Part shown: piece by piece, positions 1-11,073 of the stretch
Layout: each line of letters begins with the position of its first letter
Numbering within the stretch: the stretch's first letter is position 1
From: Spongospora subterranea f. sp. subterranea
Taxonomy: Eukaryota
Length of the DNA: 64,000 nucleotides
Assembly (NCBI GenBank): GCA_049724395.1
Contig: JAUGWO010000128.1
Location: forward strand, 1 to 64,000
Reading direction: 5' to 3'
Notes under the pieces: generated by a model
Told to the model about the DNA's origin: nothing
What the model saw: the letters and a program-made list of their open reading frames with translations, nothing else
Databases searched by the model: none
Translations under genes and position numbers: made by a program

Positions 1-8
1 GAAGCCGT

Positions 9-812
9 TTGTTCTGCAAATGCAAACGAGAAAACAGTTTTCGGCCTGGAAAGCCAGATACAACTTCCAAACCTCCACGACCTTCGGGGAAGAATCCTCA
101 GATTAATTCGTTACTGCAATCTGCAATGCAATCATCGAATAAATCATCGTTTGATGTGTATCCCACGAATTCCATACAAACCATTAGTATGATGATCGAC
201 AGTGGATGTAGTTCGCACTCTTTCTACGATCTCAATGATTTTACTGAGTATGTGCCACTAATGTCCCAGAAACAGTTTATCCGTACTGCTGACAATACTA
301 GACTGCTAGTTACCGGCCATGGTACTGTATCCCTCCAAATACAGTCACCTCAATGCGCTCATGCACACATTAACTTGCAGCATGTCCACCATGTACCTCT
401 GTTATCTGAAAACTATTTTTCCGTCAGCGCAGCAGCCGATAATGGCATCCTTACTGTTTTCGACGAGAATAACTGCCGCCTATACAGAGCAAGCGATCAA
501 CAGCTCCTCACAGTTGGCGAACGTCGAGGTGACGTGTACTATCTCTCTGGACGTATACATATCCCAGAAACCGATATGGTCCACTCCCTTGTTACGTCTA
601 ACACCGCTTCAGAAGCAGTGTGGCACGCTCGTTTGGGACATATAAATCCCGCGAGAGTCAAAACGCTTATACGTGGTTTGGCAACAGGCATGAAAGTCAA
701 AGGAAATAAATCATATTTCTGTGAATCCTGTCAATACGGGAAAGCAACGCGCAAACCGTTTCGATGCATATCGAATTTTCCCCAGGCTACTGAAGTCCTT
801 GGAAGAATTTGC
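9..812 (+). pseudogene. Ty1/Copia gag-pol fragment (aspartic protease, GAG-pre-integrase, integrase zinc-binding start), truncated
   Basis: MMIDSGCSSH protease motif, HHVPLLSENYFSV, WHARLGH...CESCQYGK; similarity stops at VLGRIC (~812). Confidence 0.9.
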
Positions 813-1005
813 GTTGCAACAGATCCTTTTTATGTTTCTTAATTTTACCATTCAGGGTATTTGCTGCAAAATCCTTGAAAGTATCTGGGGCAATTCGTTT
901 AAGATCCTTGCTGGTAATCAGTTCATACCCTTTGCCAGCATCCAACAAGATCCTGTCTAGCCGTTCGCTTTTTTCATCAGTCCAGGACTTGGCAGTCAAC
1001 GACAT
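812..1005 (-). pseudogene. Myb/SANT-like accessory ORF of a Harbinger-type element, 3'-truncated
   Basis: MSLTAKSWTDEKSERLDRIL...LNGKIKKHK resembles a Myb/SANT helix pattern; lies divergent to the transposase at 1709. Confidence 0.45.
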
Positions 1006-1708
1006 GATGCTAGCGCTTCCAATTAACAAATGGATTCCTTGTCACGGTTCAACTTCATACAGCACAGCAACGTCACTGTTGAAAAAGGCGCCAAAATGGT
1101 AATGCAGACTGTTTGTCGATTCCCGTAATCCCGTGAGCCAGGTCATGACGCTGGAATATCGCGCCCCACCGTGAAAGCCCGCCAAAACATCCTGTGAACA
1201 ACCTGCGCAAAATGCGCAATCTGCGCAGTGTATATTGCAATACATACTTACAAAATTGTTTGCATTTTTTTGTAACGATAGTTAATTTGCTCAATTTTTT
1301 GCGTTTTTTTGCTGGGGCTTTGCGCAATTTTGCACCACCGCAAAATTGATCACAGTGACATTTTGTGCGTAATATTGGATTTTCTTTTTTTTCTCGTTGA
1401 CCGAAATGCGAAAATGGACCAATTTTTGATGACACGTCGCATATATTGGCGCAAACAATTTTGCGGAGGTTGAGACTGTGGATCTCTTAAAATGGCGTAA
1501 CGCAAACGTTTTGCGTTTTGCTGGCAGCAAATGCACCATGTGCCCGTTTTGCGATTATTTGCGTACACTCTTCTTAGACGTCGATTTTGCGTCATTTGCG
1601 CAAATTGCACAAATTGCGCAAAGGATAGCCCAGGTTTTATATTTGAAGCGGTAAGCGTCTGTGTGTGGAACTCGACTGACTTGGGTTCGCTGCCAATAAT
1701 ACAGCAGA

Positions 1709-2622
1709 ATGACCTCGTGGTTTCTATTGCGGACATCGACTCTTCTGAACATGACCATAGAATCTTATCAAACGCCGTCATGGAAGCGGAAGTTCCGATC
1801 GTTTTTTGGTGTCAGCCTTGACATCATGGTTGAAATATGGACTCGAATTTCAAGACCTGGTCCGGAAAAACTGGAAAAAGAACATCTTTTGATAGGGCTA
1901 TATTTTTTGAAGGTCTACCCTACAGAATCAGTTGGGGCGTCTGTATTCAAGGTTCAAGAAAAAACATTTCGGAAGTGGGCAAAAGTCGTTGTTACACGAA
2001 TCAGTGAGATGGGCCTGGTATGATTCACCAAATTTGTTAGACTATCGAATTCTTAAGCTGCTTAGATTGATTTTGAAGACCGATGGATCAGGTGGGACAG
2101 GCTGGTCCCATCGATGTACATAGACGGAATTGACTTTAAAGTTCCAGAAGGACCCGTGTTCAACAAAGACGATTGGTCCCACAAGCACAATAGTGCCGGC
2201 TTTTAAGATATGAGATTGGCACTGCTCTAGGATGCTCTAAAATTGTACATATCGCCGGTGGAGTGCCGTGTGGGTCGTGGCCCGATCTCAAGATCGCGAA
2301 GAAATGTTTATTGCCACGGTTGATGCCCGGAGAAAAACCCACCGCTGATAGCGGTTATCGTGACGTTGATAATCGATTCTTGACAGCGTTTCGAAAGGCA
2401 GGAGGGACCTCAGTCATGAAAGCCATCAACATTTCTTTGAAAAGAATGGGTGCCCGACATGAAAGCGTTAACGCCCGTATCCGCATATTTGCCTGTCTAG
2501 GGCACGGATTGTTTCGCCATGGAAGAAGCTTCCATCCGATTGTTTTTACCGCAGTTGCCAATTTAGTCCAAATGCTACTGAGGGAAGAGCCGTTATGGGA
2601 TATCTTATCCTACCTTGAATAA
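1709..2622 (+). mobile_element. PIF/Harbinger-ISL2EU-type DDE transposase, one probable intron (~2018-2066), frameshift near 2200
   Basis: FRSFFGV..HLL..LYFLKVY N-terminus; YIDGIDF, WSHKH, RYEIG, ADSGYR, HESVNARIR motifs. Confidence 0.8.
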
Positions 2623-2859
2623 AACAGCAGTTCAATTTCCCAGTCCCGAGCTTCAGCGTAGGTTCTGGATCTCAGACGATTTAAAAAAACACTGAGCATC
2701 GGAAAATTTCCAATTGACCGCAGCCTCCAGTCCGTGACGCATCTCTTCCAGTGAACGCGGCCTTTGCTTCAGTCATGGTCCTGCCGTCTTACTGGTGGTC
2801 ACGCCGTCTTCTTAGTTATTGCCTTCTGCAGGGAATATGTGCATTCGTTAGTCATGTGA

Positions 2860-3160
2860 ATACATAATTGATACAGATTGTAATCACCGTAACATCGCAA
2901 ATACTGCTCTAAGACCTGGTTCACCCTCTCGGTCTGGCCGTCCGTCTCTGGGTGTCTTGCAGTAGATAACTTTCTCTGTATTTTCAGTCGCTTCAGTAAT
3001 CTTTTCCAAATTTTAGACACGAATTGTGGTCCACGGTCGGAGATGATGTCGTTCGGCAAATCCGTTAAGTTTAAATACGTTCGCCATGACTAAATTCGCG
3101 GTTTCTGGTGACGAAATGCTCTCTGAACAGGGAATGAAGTGCGTCATTTTAGACGCGCGG
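2860..3160 (-). pseudogene. Ty3/Gypsy integrase core fragment
   Basis: [12 protein letters not shown]...[26 protein letters not shown]. Confidence 0.9.
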
Positions 3161-3163
3161 TCA

Positions 3164-5330
3164 TGTCCGGAATGTTAATACAAATGATATTACTGGTAAA
3201 CGACGTTGTCCGAACTGAGCATTTGCCCAGTTCGGACGGTACGCTTCAATTGTGTATTAATAATATGCGTTTTCAGTAGTGCGGTCGGTACTACGGTCGT
3301 CGTACGGTCGTGACAGTATCCCCCCTTTCGGCCGCGGTGCCTCAGGATGCGTCTGATGAAATTGAACAATACAATCCTTTAGAGCGGGTGTGGCGGAAAG
3401 GAGTAGCGATGATGAGGGTTCCAAAGTACGATCCGACACTTCATAACCCTTCCAGTCTACCAGATACTGGTGTTGATCACGTAAGAGTCGCGAAGCAATG
3501 ATATCTTCAATCTCATAAAGAGGTTGTTGGCTACAAGGTAAACGGTGGTGGTTTACATTGTTTGCGACCAGGCTCTAGTAGCGAACAATGAAAAACGCGG
3601 TGCAATCTGGAGTCTTTCGGAAGATCAAGCTCATAGGCAACAGGGTTAACTATTCGAACAATAATGAAAGGGCCTAACCACTTCTCAGAAAGCTTGTCAC
3701 AGGGCCTCTGGGAAGGGATCGAATCGCGAACTAACCACACCTTATCGCCAATGAGAAATTCGTGATGTGCTCCACGTTTCCTATCAGCAAAACGCTTCAT
3801 ATTATCCACAGATTTCCGTAAGGTCGATTGAAGACGAGTGTGAACATCGTGAAGGTGGGAGATCAACTCCACAGTGGAAGGATTTGGACATGATCCACTA
3901 CTTGGAACTCGCAAATCATGCCGAACGTGGAATCCATAATTCGCGTAGAAAGGAGAGATTCCAGTTGAAGAATGGAAAGAATTGTTGTACGCGAATTCAG
4001 CCATGGGTAGAATATCCACCCAGTCGTTTTGACGATAGCTAATAAAACAACGCAAGTATGATTCGAGAACCTGATTTACTCGCTCTTTTTGACCGTCTGA
4101 TTCAGGATGACGTGACGAGGAGAGATTCCGTTGAATATGTAAGGGCTTCAGAAGATGCTTCCAGAATTGGGCAACGAACAGGGGCCCTCTATCAGACACA
4201 ATAACAGTCGGAAGACCGTGTAACTTAAAAATTTTGGCGAAAACTAGATTAGCCAGATCACAACTGGTAATGGTTTCATTGCATGGGATGAAATGAGCCA
4301 TTTTTGTGTATCGGTCAACCACCACCAGTATGCTGTCAAAACCTGCGGATTTAGGAAGTTTAACAATGAAATCCATAGAAATTGATGACCATGGGTGAGA
4401 GGGAATGGGAAGCGGGAGTAATAAACCCGAGGGCTTGCGGCGAGGAACTTTCGAACGCGCACAGACCTCACAAGATCGAATGAAAGACTTGACCATCGAG
4501 CGCATGCCTGGCCACATAAACTGCCTGGCAATTAACTCATACGTCTTAGGGATGCCGAAATGACCAGCTAACGGGGAATCATGGCAAGAGGATAGAATTT
4601 GTAATTGCTTTGTTTTGTCGTCGACGCGCTCAAGTTCCAATGGGCACAGAGTAATCGCATTGACGAAGCGCGAATTTGGCAATACGGGTTGTTGAAGATT
4701 GCGATCGGAACTCTCAGCAAAGTCAGGGCGACGTGACAATGCATCTGGCTTTTGAGAAAGGGACCCTGGCCGATGGCGAATGACAAAATCAAATTCTGAC
4801 AGAAATAATGACCATCGCGCTTGGCGACGATTCAACAGCTTTGACGTCATAAACCACTCGAGATTGCTATGGTCGCTCAATACCAGTATTTGAGAAGTAG
4901 CACAATCCAGATAGTGGCGCCAGGTTTGAAAGGAAGTGACAATTGACAACAATTCCTTGTCGTAAATCTCATAATTTAACCCAGCAGGAGTAAATTTACG
5001 GGAGTAGTAAGCTACAGGATGTAAGCCATCTGAGTGCTGTTGAGACAATATAGCGCCCAGAGCAAAATCAGATGCATCGGCTTCAACATAATGGCCAACG
5101 TGGAATCAAAATGGCTTAGAACTGCGCCGAGACGAACGCAGATTCCAAAGATTGAAATGACGTTGCGGTATTGGAACTGCACTCATACGGAACGTTCTTC
5201 TTCGTTAATGGGAATAAAGGATGAGTAATACGAGAATAATTTTGGATAAAAGCGAGGTAGAAATTTGCGAACCCCAAGACCGACTGAAGTTCCTTGACTC
5301 ACTCCGCTATTCGACTGCGTGTAGCGACTT
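3164..5330 (-). mobile_element. Ty3/Gypsy chromovirus 3' half: RT end, RNase H, integrase, chromodomain, PPT, short 3' LTR (~3164-3315)
   Basis: LGFANFY, ADASDFALGAIL, NYEIYDKELL, HDSPLAGH..CEVC, SMDF/SDRG/GQKER, GPF; chromodomain YEIEDII..YLVDWKGY (~3400-3530); PPT GAAAGGGGGGATAC followed by TGTCACG at 3315. Confidence 0.9.
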
Positions 5331-5344
5331 CGGCTCAATCGCTC

Positions 5345-7250
5345 GACAACTACACTCGAGTTAACCTTCCGATAGCAGCTCAAATGCAAAGTGTCCTTTA
5401 TTCAATCCTACGACCGCCCGTAAATCGAGGTATTCAATTCTCCAATCGCCCTTAAATCGAGGTATTCAATTCTCCAATCGCCCTTAAATCGACGAGGTAT
5501 TCAATTCTCCGATCGGCCTTAAAATCGAAGCGCACAATCCTCACACGGACGGATTACACTTCCCCCTCCGCTTGAAGACTTGAACGGGAATCCCCAGGTC
5601 GCGCGCGGCTTCTCGCGCGGTTCTCGTTTTCGCAGCCTTGAGCCACCGCTCTGTCATAGCTGGTACGTCTTCCAACATGTTTTTGAGAGGTTCCCAAGTT
5701 TCGTCGCCGTCCGCCCAACCACGCCATCGTACCTTGATCTCCCAGACGTCGGCATGCTTCCGTAAGCCCAAGAACTCGGCGATTTCATACCCAGCAGAAT
5801 CATGAGCGCACTGATCATATAAATCTGCATCAACATTCAGGCTTGCGTCCGAATAAAATTTCATTCGACTGGCATGCACTTCACGTCTATCATGTGTCAC
5901 CAGATCCTCGACCTCGTAAATCCAATCACTCAGGATGTTCACGATTCTCGCGGGTCCTCGCCACTTCGTCTGTAACTTCCCTAGACGTCTCTCAATTTCT
6001 CTTGAGATCAGGACATAATCGCCTTTGTCAAAGTTGATCCTTACGACATTTCCTTTCCTCAACCTCCGATCCCTTTCAAGTTGCCGTTTCTTATCTGTCG
6101 ACCTTTTTACGGCTTTTTTTGAATCTCGTCCAATGACCTTCGTAATCCATCGGTCATAGATTTGATTTTTTCAGCATCTAATCGATTCTCCACGACCGTC
6201 TGACTTCGATTCGAATATATAGCATCTAAAGAATGCTGGCAGGCAATCCTGTAAAAACCGTGATCGGCGCAAGTCGTCCAAATCTCTGGCTCGCAGTATG
6301 ATTCAACGACATCTGCACCAATGGCAACAGGTCAGGCCAGTCTCCAGATTGTAGTCGCAACTCAGATAACAACGCTCGCACCACGAACAGTAAATCTCGA
6401 TTGACTCTTTCTACTGTCCCATTCGCCCATGGAACGTACGCCGTAGTGAAGTGATGCTTCGTGTTCAGTCTTGTATTCAACTCCTTCATGATCTCGTTTT
6501 TGAAATGTGCTCCCTGGTCACTGACAGTCTGATGTACGACCCCGAATCTGCTAAACCAGGATAACAACGCGTTCACCACAACACGATGATCAAGCAAACA
6601 TCACTGCATTCTTGGCTGGAAATAATTCCCGATAGGACGAAGAATCATCTTGAACAACTAGAATATAGATATACGGATTCTCGCCCTTAGCCTTCATCTT
6701 GTCCATGAAAAGAAAATCGTAGTGTAACAGCTTATTAGGTCGGTCTGCATGTAATGCTTCCCCAAATGGCCTTGGTATTACAGTTCCTTTGTTCGCTTCA
6801 CAATGTAAGCACTCCCGTACAAATTTCAGGATATCGTTTCTCATGTTTTTCCACCAGAACCTTGCTTTCACGGCTTCTAATGTCGCCTCGACTCCTCGAT
6901 GTCCTGCGCTGCTGCTGTGGGCAATGATCATAATCCTCACTGCCAACTCTTCTGATGGAATCCAAATCTTCCCTTCCCCGGTCTTGAAGACATCATCATT
7001 ATCGGCATGTACACCGTCTTTCATGGTATCGCTGAAAATATGCTCCTTGTACGCGTTCTGAATCGCCGTAATTTCGCCCAGATCGGGCCAGACAAACGTA
7101 GTCGCATGCAAAGGTCGAACCCTTTGATTGATTGAAACATCTCCAATAGCAGCGGCTCGGCCTTCCGTCTCCGCATGTTGTGCCCATCGCGTTAGTAGAT
7201 CAGCCCATACGTTGTCAGATCCTGAAATATGACGAATGCTATACTTGTAA
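5345..7250 (-). mobile_element. Second Gypsy element (integrase + chromodomain, frameshifted) with PPT and 3' LTR starting at 5558
   Basis: HSSSAGH..CLHC, LHYDF, SDQGAHF, WANGTVER, WRGP, VRWRGWADGDETWEP; purine tract followed by TGTAATCC; left LTR boundary approximate. Confidence 0.85.
5421..5525. repeat. ~32-bp tandem repeat x3 within the LTR
   Basis: taaatcgaggtattcaattctccaatcgccct repeated. Confidence 0.85.
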
Positions 7251-7299
7251 GCTTAAAGTTTGGTGGCCCACCGCTCAAGCCTGTCGCAAACGTGTCTCA

Positions 7300-7677
7300 T
7301 AGCAGATGTAATCACACTTACATGCCTGTTACACTTGTCGGGTAGTTCTGGTTTGGCCGCATGCGAACCGCACAATCACCATTGGTACACAGTAACACCC
7401 CACACCACCTCTTGTAGGTTACCCAAATTCCTTTCGGGTTTTCCCCAACAGGAATATAATTCGATCGAGTACAACTCCATTGCCAGTGGCTGAACCGGGA
7501 CATTAGGTTGGGTTTGACAGACATTGACTCAAACCGGTAACAACAGTTGCCATTGATAGCAAACGGAACTTTATCAGCATCGGGTAGATGCTGATCTGCA
7601 TCAGGTGGAAAGAATTCGAACTGCTTGATGTTGAACTCGTGAATATCCCACACCTTTCGACTATTTGTTCCCCGCAT
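7300..7677 (-). pseudogene. GCM-like zinc-finger N-terminal fragment of a Mutator-like transposase
   Basis: WDIHEF...VPFAINGNCCYRFESMSVKPNLMSRFSHWQWSCT...YKRWCGVLLCTNGDCAVRMRPNQ aligns by eye to the ORF at 25193. Confidence 0.75.
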
Positions 7678-7832
7678 TGAGCAGAACCCAATTCAACTAA
7701 ACATTTTGACAACACCAGGCCGATCGAAATAGTACATAGTACAGTTGCACTGGATGAGCATCTTGTGCATATTGAGGTCGCCGGTAATATCCAATGATGA
7801 ACAAAGGAGGGTTTTTGTCCTAGAAAGGGTGT

Positions 7833-8153
7833 ACCGGTAACAATAAACTGTGTACGTTCAACGACCGGTAACCATACCATAAACTGTGTCCGTTCAACGA
7901 CCGGTAACCATACCATAAACTGTGTACGTTCAACGACCGGTAACCATACCATAAACTGTGTACGTTCAACGACCGGTAACCATACCATAAACTGTGTACG
8001 TTCAACGACCGGTAACCATACCATAAACTGTGTCCGTTCAACGACCGGTAACCATACCATAAACTGTGTCCGTTCAACGACCGGTAACCATACCATAAAC
8101 TGTGTACGTTCAACGACCGGTAACCATACCATAAACTGTGTACGTTCAACGAC
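7833..8153. repeat. 36-bp minisatellite, ~8.5 copies
   Basis: unit ccggtaaccataccataaactgtgt(a/c)cgttcaacga. Confidence 0.95.
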
Positions 8154-8293
8154 GTTCTAATGTCACTAACGGCCTGCTTGTGATGCTGAAGGAATAAATG
8201 AAATAATTTCTCCAACGCAAATCCTCAAATTCTCTTCTTGAGCTTGCGAAGGTCCCGATTGATCCGATAATAGGTTAATCTGGCCAGCGAAGT

Positions 8294-8415
8294 AAGCCAG
8301 TGATTTCAATATCTTGGTATGAGCAGAGAATTCACTGGCTTGATTCACTGGCTCAGATAAATGCGTCAAGCCAGTGAATTCACTGCTCATACCAAGATAT
8401 TGAATTCACTGGCTT
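8294..8415. repeat. ~50-bp-arm hairpin, probable terminal structure of the GCM element fragment
   Basis: aagccagtgatttcaatatcttggtatgagcagagaattcactggcttga and its reverse complement (2 mismatches); shares attcactggc/gccagtgaat motifs with the TIRs at 24863/28940. Confidence 0.75.
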
Positions 8416-9261
8416 GAAAAAGTGCGGCCAGTGAATCAAGCCATTCAATTCACTGCTCCCTTCAAAAATGTTCAAAATTGAATCCGCGACCTCAAAACGT
8501 AGCCTACAGAGTTCGAAACCCAGCAAAACTGGTTTTTTCACCAGAAACCTACTCCTCGACGCAAAAAGGGAGTCATTCTTTTTGTTGCATAATAATTATA
8601 GACGCAACCTGGCATCGGGAAATTTCGGATTTTTATCTAAAATTTTCATGAAATCATTTTAGATAAAAATCCGAAGTGGGCGATCTGAAAGACTATAAGG
8701 AGCTACAAAACACGTCAATGTCAGCGTTAGTTGTTTTGATAATTATTTTGAATATATGCTCAGAGTCAAGTTTTCGGTTCCAACTTAACAAGAACAAATT
8801 GAACGGCAATTCCTGTGGAATCAGACAACCATCGATCCATAATTAGGAAAGATTTTATCGAAACCTCTTCTTCAGGAGCCGATAAGAATCACTCCGCAAT
8901 CAACTGCGCAAGTCACGAATCGACGAGATGCTGGCGGCGATCGATCGTGTTGCTGGTGGTGGGGAGTCGGCTGGCACCAAGGGTGACAGTCTAGGGATGC
9001 CTGGCGGGGTAGTCTTCCTGACGATGACTAGAACTCTGAAGTGTCAGCTGCACTCCCAATTTCCTCTGAGTCTTCAGAGCGGGCCAAATTTTAGAACAGC
9101 CGTCAAAAGCTGTTCTCGCCGTTCATTGAATACTTATCATTGGTATGAGATGAGCGGACAGGTCCTTGTTGTCAATTCCTGCACTGACGGAAAATATTTT
9201 GGAAGTCGGTACTTTACTGACAGAAAAATTATTAGAAGTCGGTGCTGTATGAATGACTCAA

Positions 9262-9411
9262 CCGACAATACTACCATTTACTGGTGGCTATCCGACAATA
9301 TTACCATTCTTTGGTGGCAATCCGACAATACCACCATTTATTGGTGGCAAACTGACAACACGACCATTAATTGGTGGCAATCTGACAATAAAACCATTTA
9401 TAGGTGGCAAT
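9262..9411 (+). repeat. 30-bp tandem repeat x5 in the LINE 5' region, in the ORF1 frame
   Basis: ccgacaata...ccattt...ggtggc units; from ATG 9253 reads PTILPFTGGY PTILPFFGGN PTIPPFIGGK LTTRPLIGGN LTIKPFIGGN. Confidence 0.9.
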
Positions 9412-9915
9412 GGCCAAAAGGAACACTAGTGACACTGAAACTATACTGGAAGTACAATGCCGTCATTTGGTGGAAACTACTGGTTAAGACGAAATATGGT
9501 CCCATTAACAGGGCCAAACAAGGGCCACAATTAACATCAACAACTATTAACAAGACTTTGACAGGAACAGTATACACGCCAAGTAATTGCACTTTTTGGT
9601 GGAAGCATAAGCGAACGACAACAACAAAAACACGGAATAATGCTCCTAATAATAATGACATACAAACGCACAGAAGTAAGAGCAACACACATAAGAGGAC
9701 ACAAAACATTAATGAAACACATAATACTGACAAAAGTAAAACAATTAAGACAACACTACGACAAAATTACATAGGGATAATGAATGCAGACGTGACAAAT
9801 AATATCAGCACAATGAACGAATCCACAATAAGTAACGTCCCACAGATGACTAAAGGCCGTTGTATTAGGGGAATCGGCATACTATACGTGCCAGTGTCGC
9901 TCTCAAAATACATCC

Positions 9916-11073
9916 GTGGGCGCAATTAAACCACGAACAGAAACGCTTCATCTAGGCATCATGCAGGACGTTCCAATGGAGACCGAAACCAACAAGGAAC
10001 AAACAATAGGAAGAAAACATCCCAGGGACAGGGCAACCACATCTAATGCAACATCCGATAAGACCAAAAAGATGAAGGACAAATTCATACCACGGTCAAT
10101 GATGAATTATAACGAAGCGATTTTAATGCCCAAAACACAACATGAAATAGAAACTCTATTACCGGAACTCATCCAAGAAATACCTTGGCTCATGGCTAAA
10201 CTAAAGAATGACGTTACGCCAATGGGAACAGGCACGATAATCATCAAAGGGCTAAAAATAGGTACACAACGAAGAATAGTTAAAAGAATAGTAACGAAAC
10301 TAACTCCAACCACTCAGGACAATACAAAGCCCTGCAACAATACTGTGGGAGAAAAGGAATTCGAATCAGACCTACATCAGAGTCCAAACACGACACCAGC
10401 CGTAAAGTTATTGTGCAAGGCATCCCACCATACCTTATTAAAAACGGAATGGCGATACAAGGCTGGAAAAGGAAAACAACCGGACAAAGCTACCCAAATT
10501 GGAAGCAACACTACCATGTTCCAATTCCAGATGGCAAGTGATGCGAAGCAATGTCTATCGCAGGGAACGGTACATATATTCGGGAAACAATACAAGCCCC
10601 TGGCCTTCCAAAAAAAGGAAATACGAGTATGTGAAACATGCTACCAGATTGAGTGCCTCCAAAAAAACAAATGTGGCAAGATTGCCTGCTACATATGCAG
10701 TGAAGCTCACATGGCCGACTCATGCCCAAAGAAGAATAAGGATGAGCCTAAGTGCATTACATGCCAGGAAGAGGGACATTGGGCCATCCAATGCCCATGC
10801 GTTACCTGTAAATCAAGATTCAATAAAGCAAATATGACAAAGGGCCACAAAAAGATGAGCAAAATGCAAATTGAATTTACCTACACTGAAAGCCGAAGTT
10901 ATGACATGCTGAAGGAGTACACAAAGACTGGCAGATTGTGGTTTGTTTCATTATACAGGAAGGCCAAGATCTTATATTGCACCCCGAAATTAGATGCCGT
11001 CCCCTGCGACAACCAAATTCTTCGCATCACTCGATACCTGGAATTGGAACATGGTAAAATTGTTTCCAATTAG
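9916..11073 (+). CDS. LINE ORF1, gag-like nucleic-acid-binding protein with zinc knuckles
   Basis: CETCYQIECLQKNKC, CYICSEAHMADSC, CITCQEEGHWAIQC. Confidence 0.8.
   Translation: MGAIKPRTETLHLGIMQDVPMETETNKEQTIGRKHPRDRATTSNATSDKTKKMKDKFIPRSMMNYNEAILMPKTQHEIETLLPELIQEIPWLMAKLKNDVTPMGTGTIIIKGLKIGTQRRIVKRIVTKLTPTTQDNTKPCNNTVGEKEFESDLHQSPNTTPAVKLLCKASHHTLLKTEWRYKAGKGKQPDKATQIGSNTTMFQFQMASDAKQCLSQGTVHIFGKQYKPLAFQKKEIRVCETCYQIECLQKNKCGKIACYICSEAHMADSCPKKNKDEPKCITCQEEGHWAIQCPCVTCKSRFNKANMTKGHKKMSKMQIEFTYTESRSYDMLKEYTKTGRLWFVSLYRKAKILYCTPKLDAVPCDNQILRITRYLELEHGKIVSN

Noticed and set aside
7503..8215. ORFs MVWLPVVERTQF / SLNVHSLWYGYR as proteins
   Set aside because: Explained by the 36-bp DNA repeat; no independent coding evidence
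8985..9080. Hammerhead or HDV-like ribozyme in the LINE 5' UTR (CTGACGA, TTCC loop)
   Set aside because: Could not assemble the required stems, GAAA core or P1.1
8928..9929. 333-aa ORF with DNTTIYWWQS repeats as a real protein
   Set aside because: Substitution pattern fits the alternative PFxGG frame better, and that frame matches ORF1
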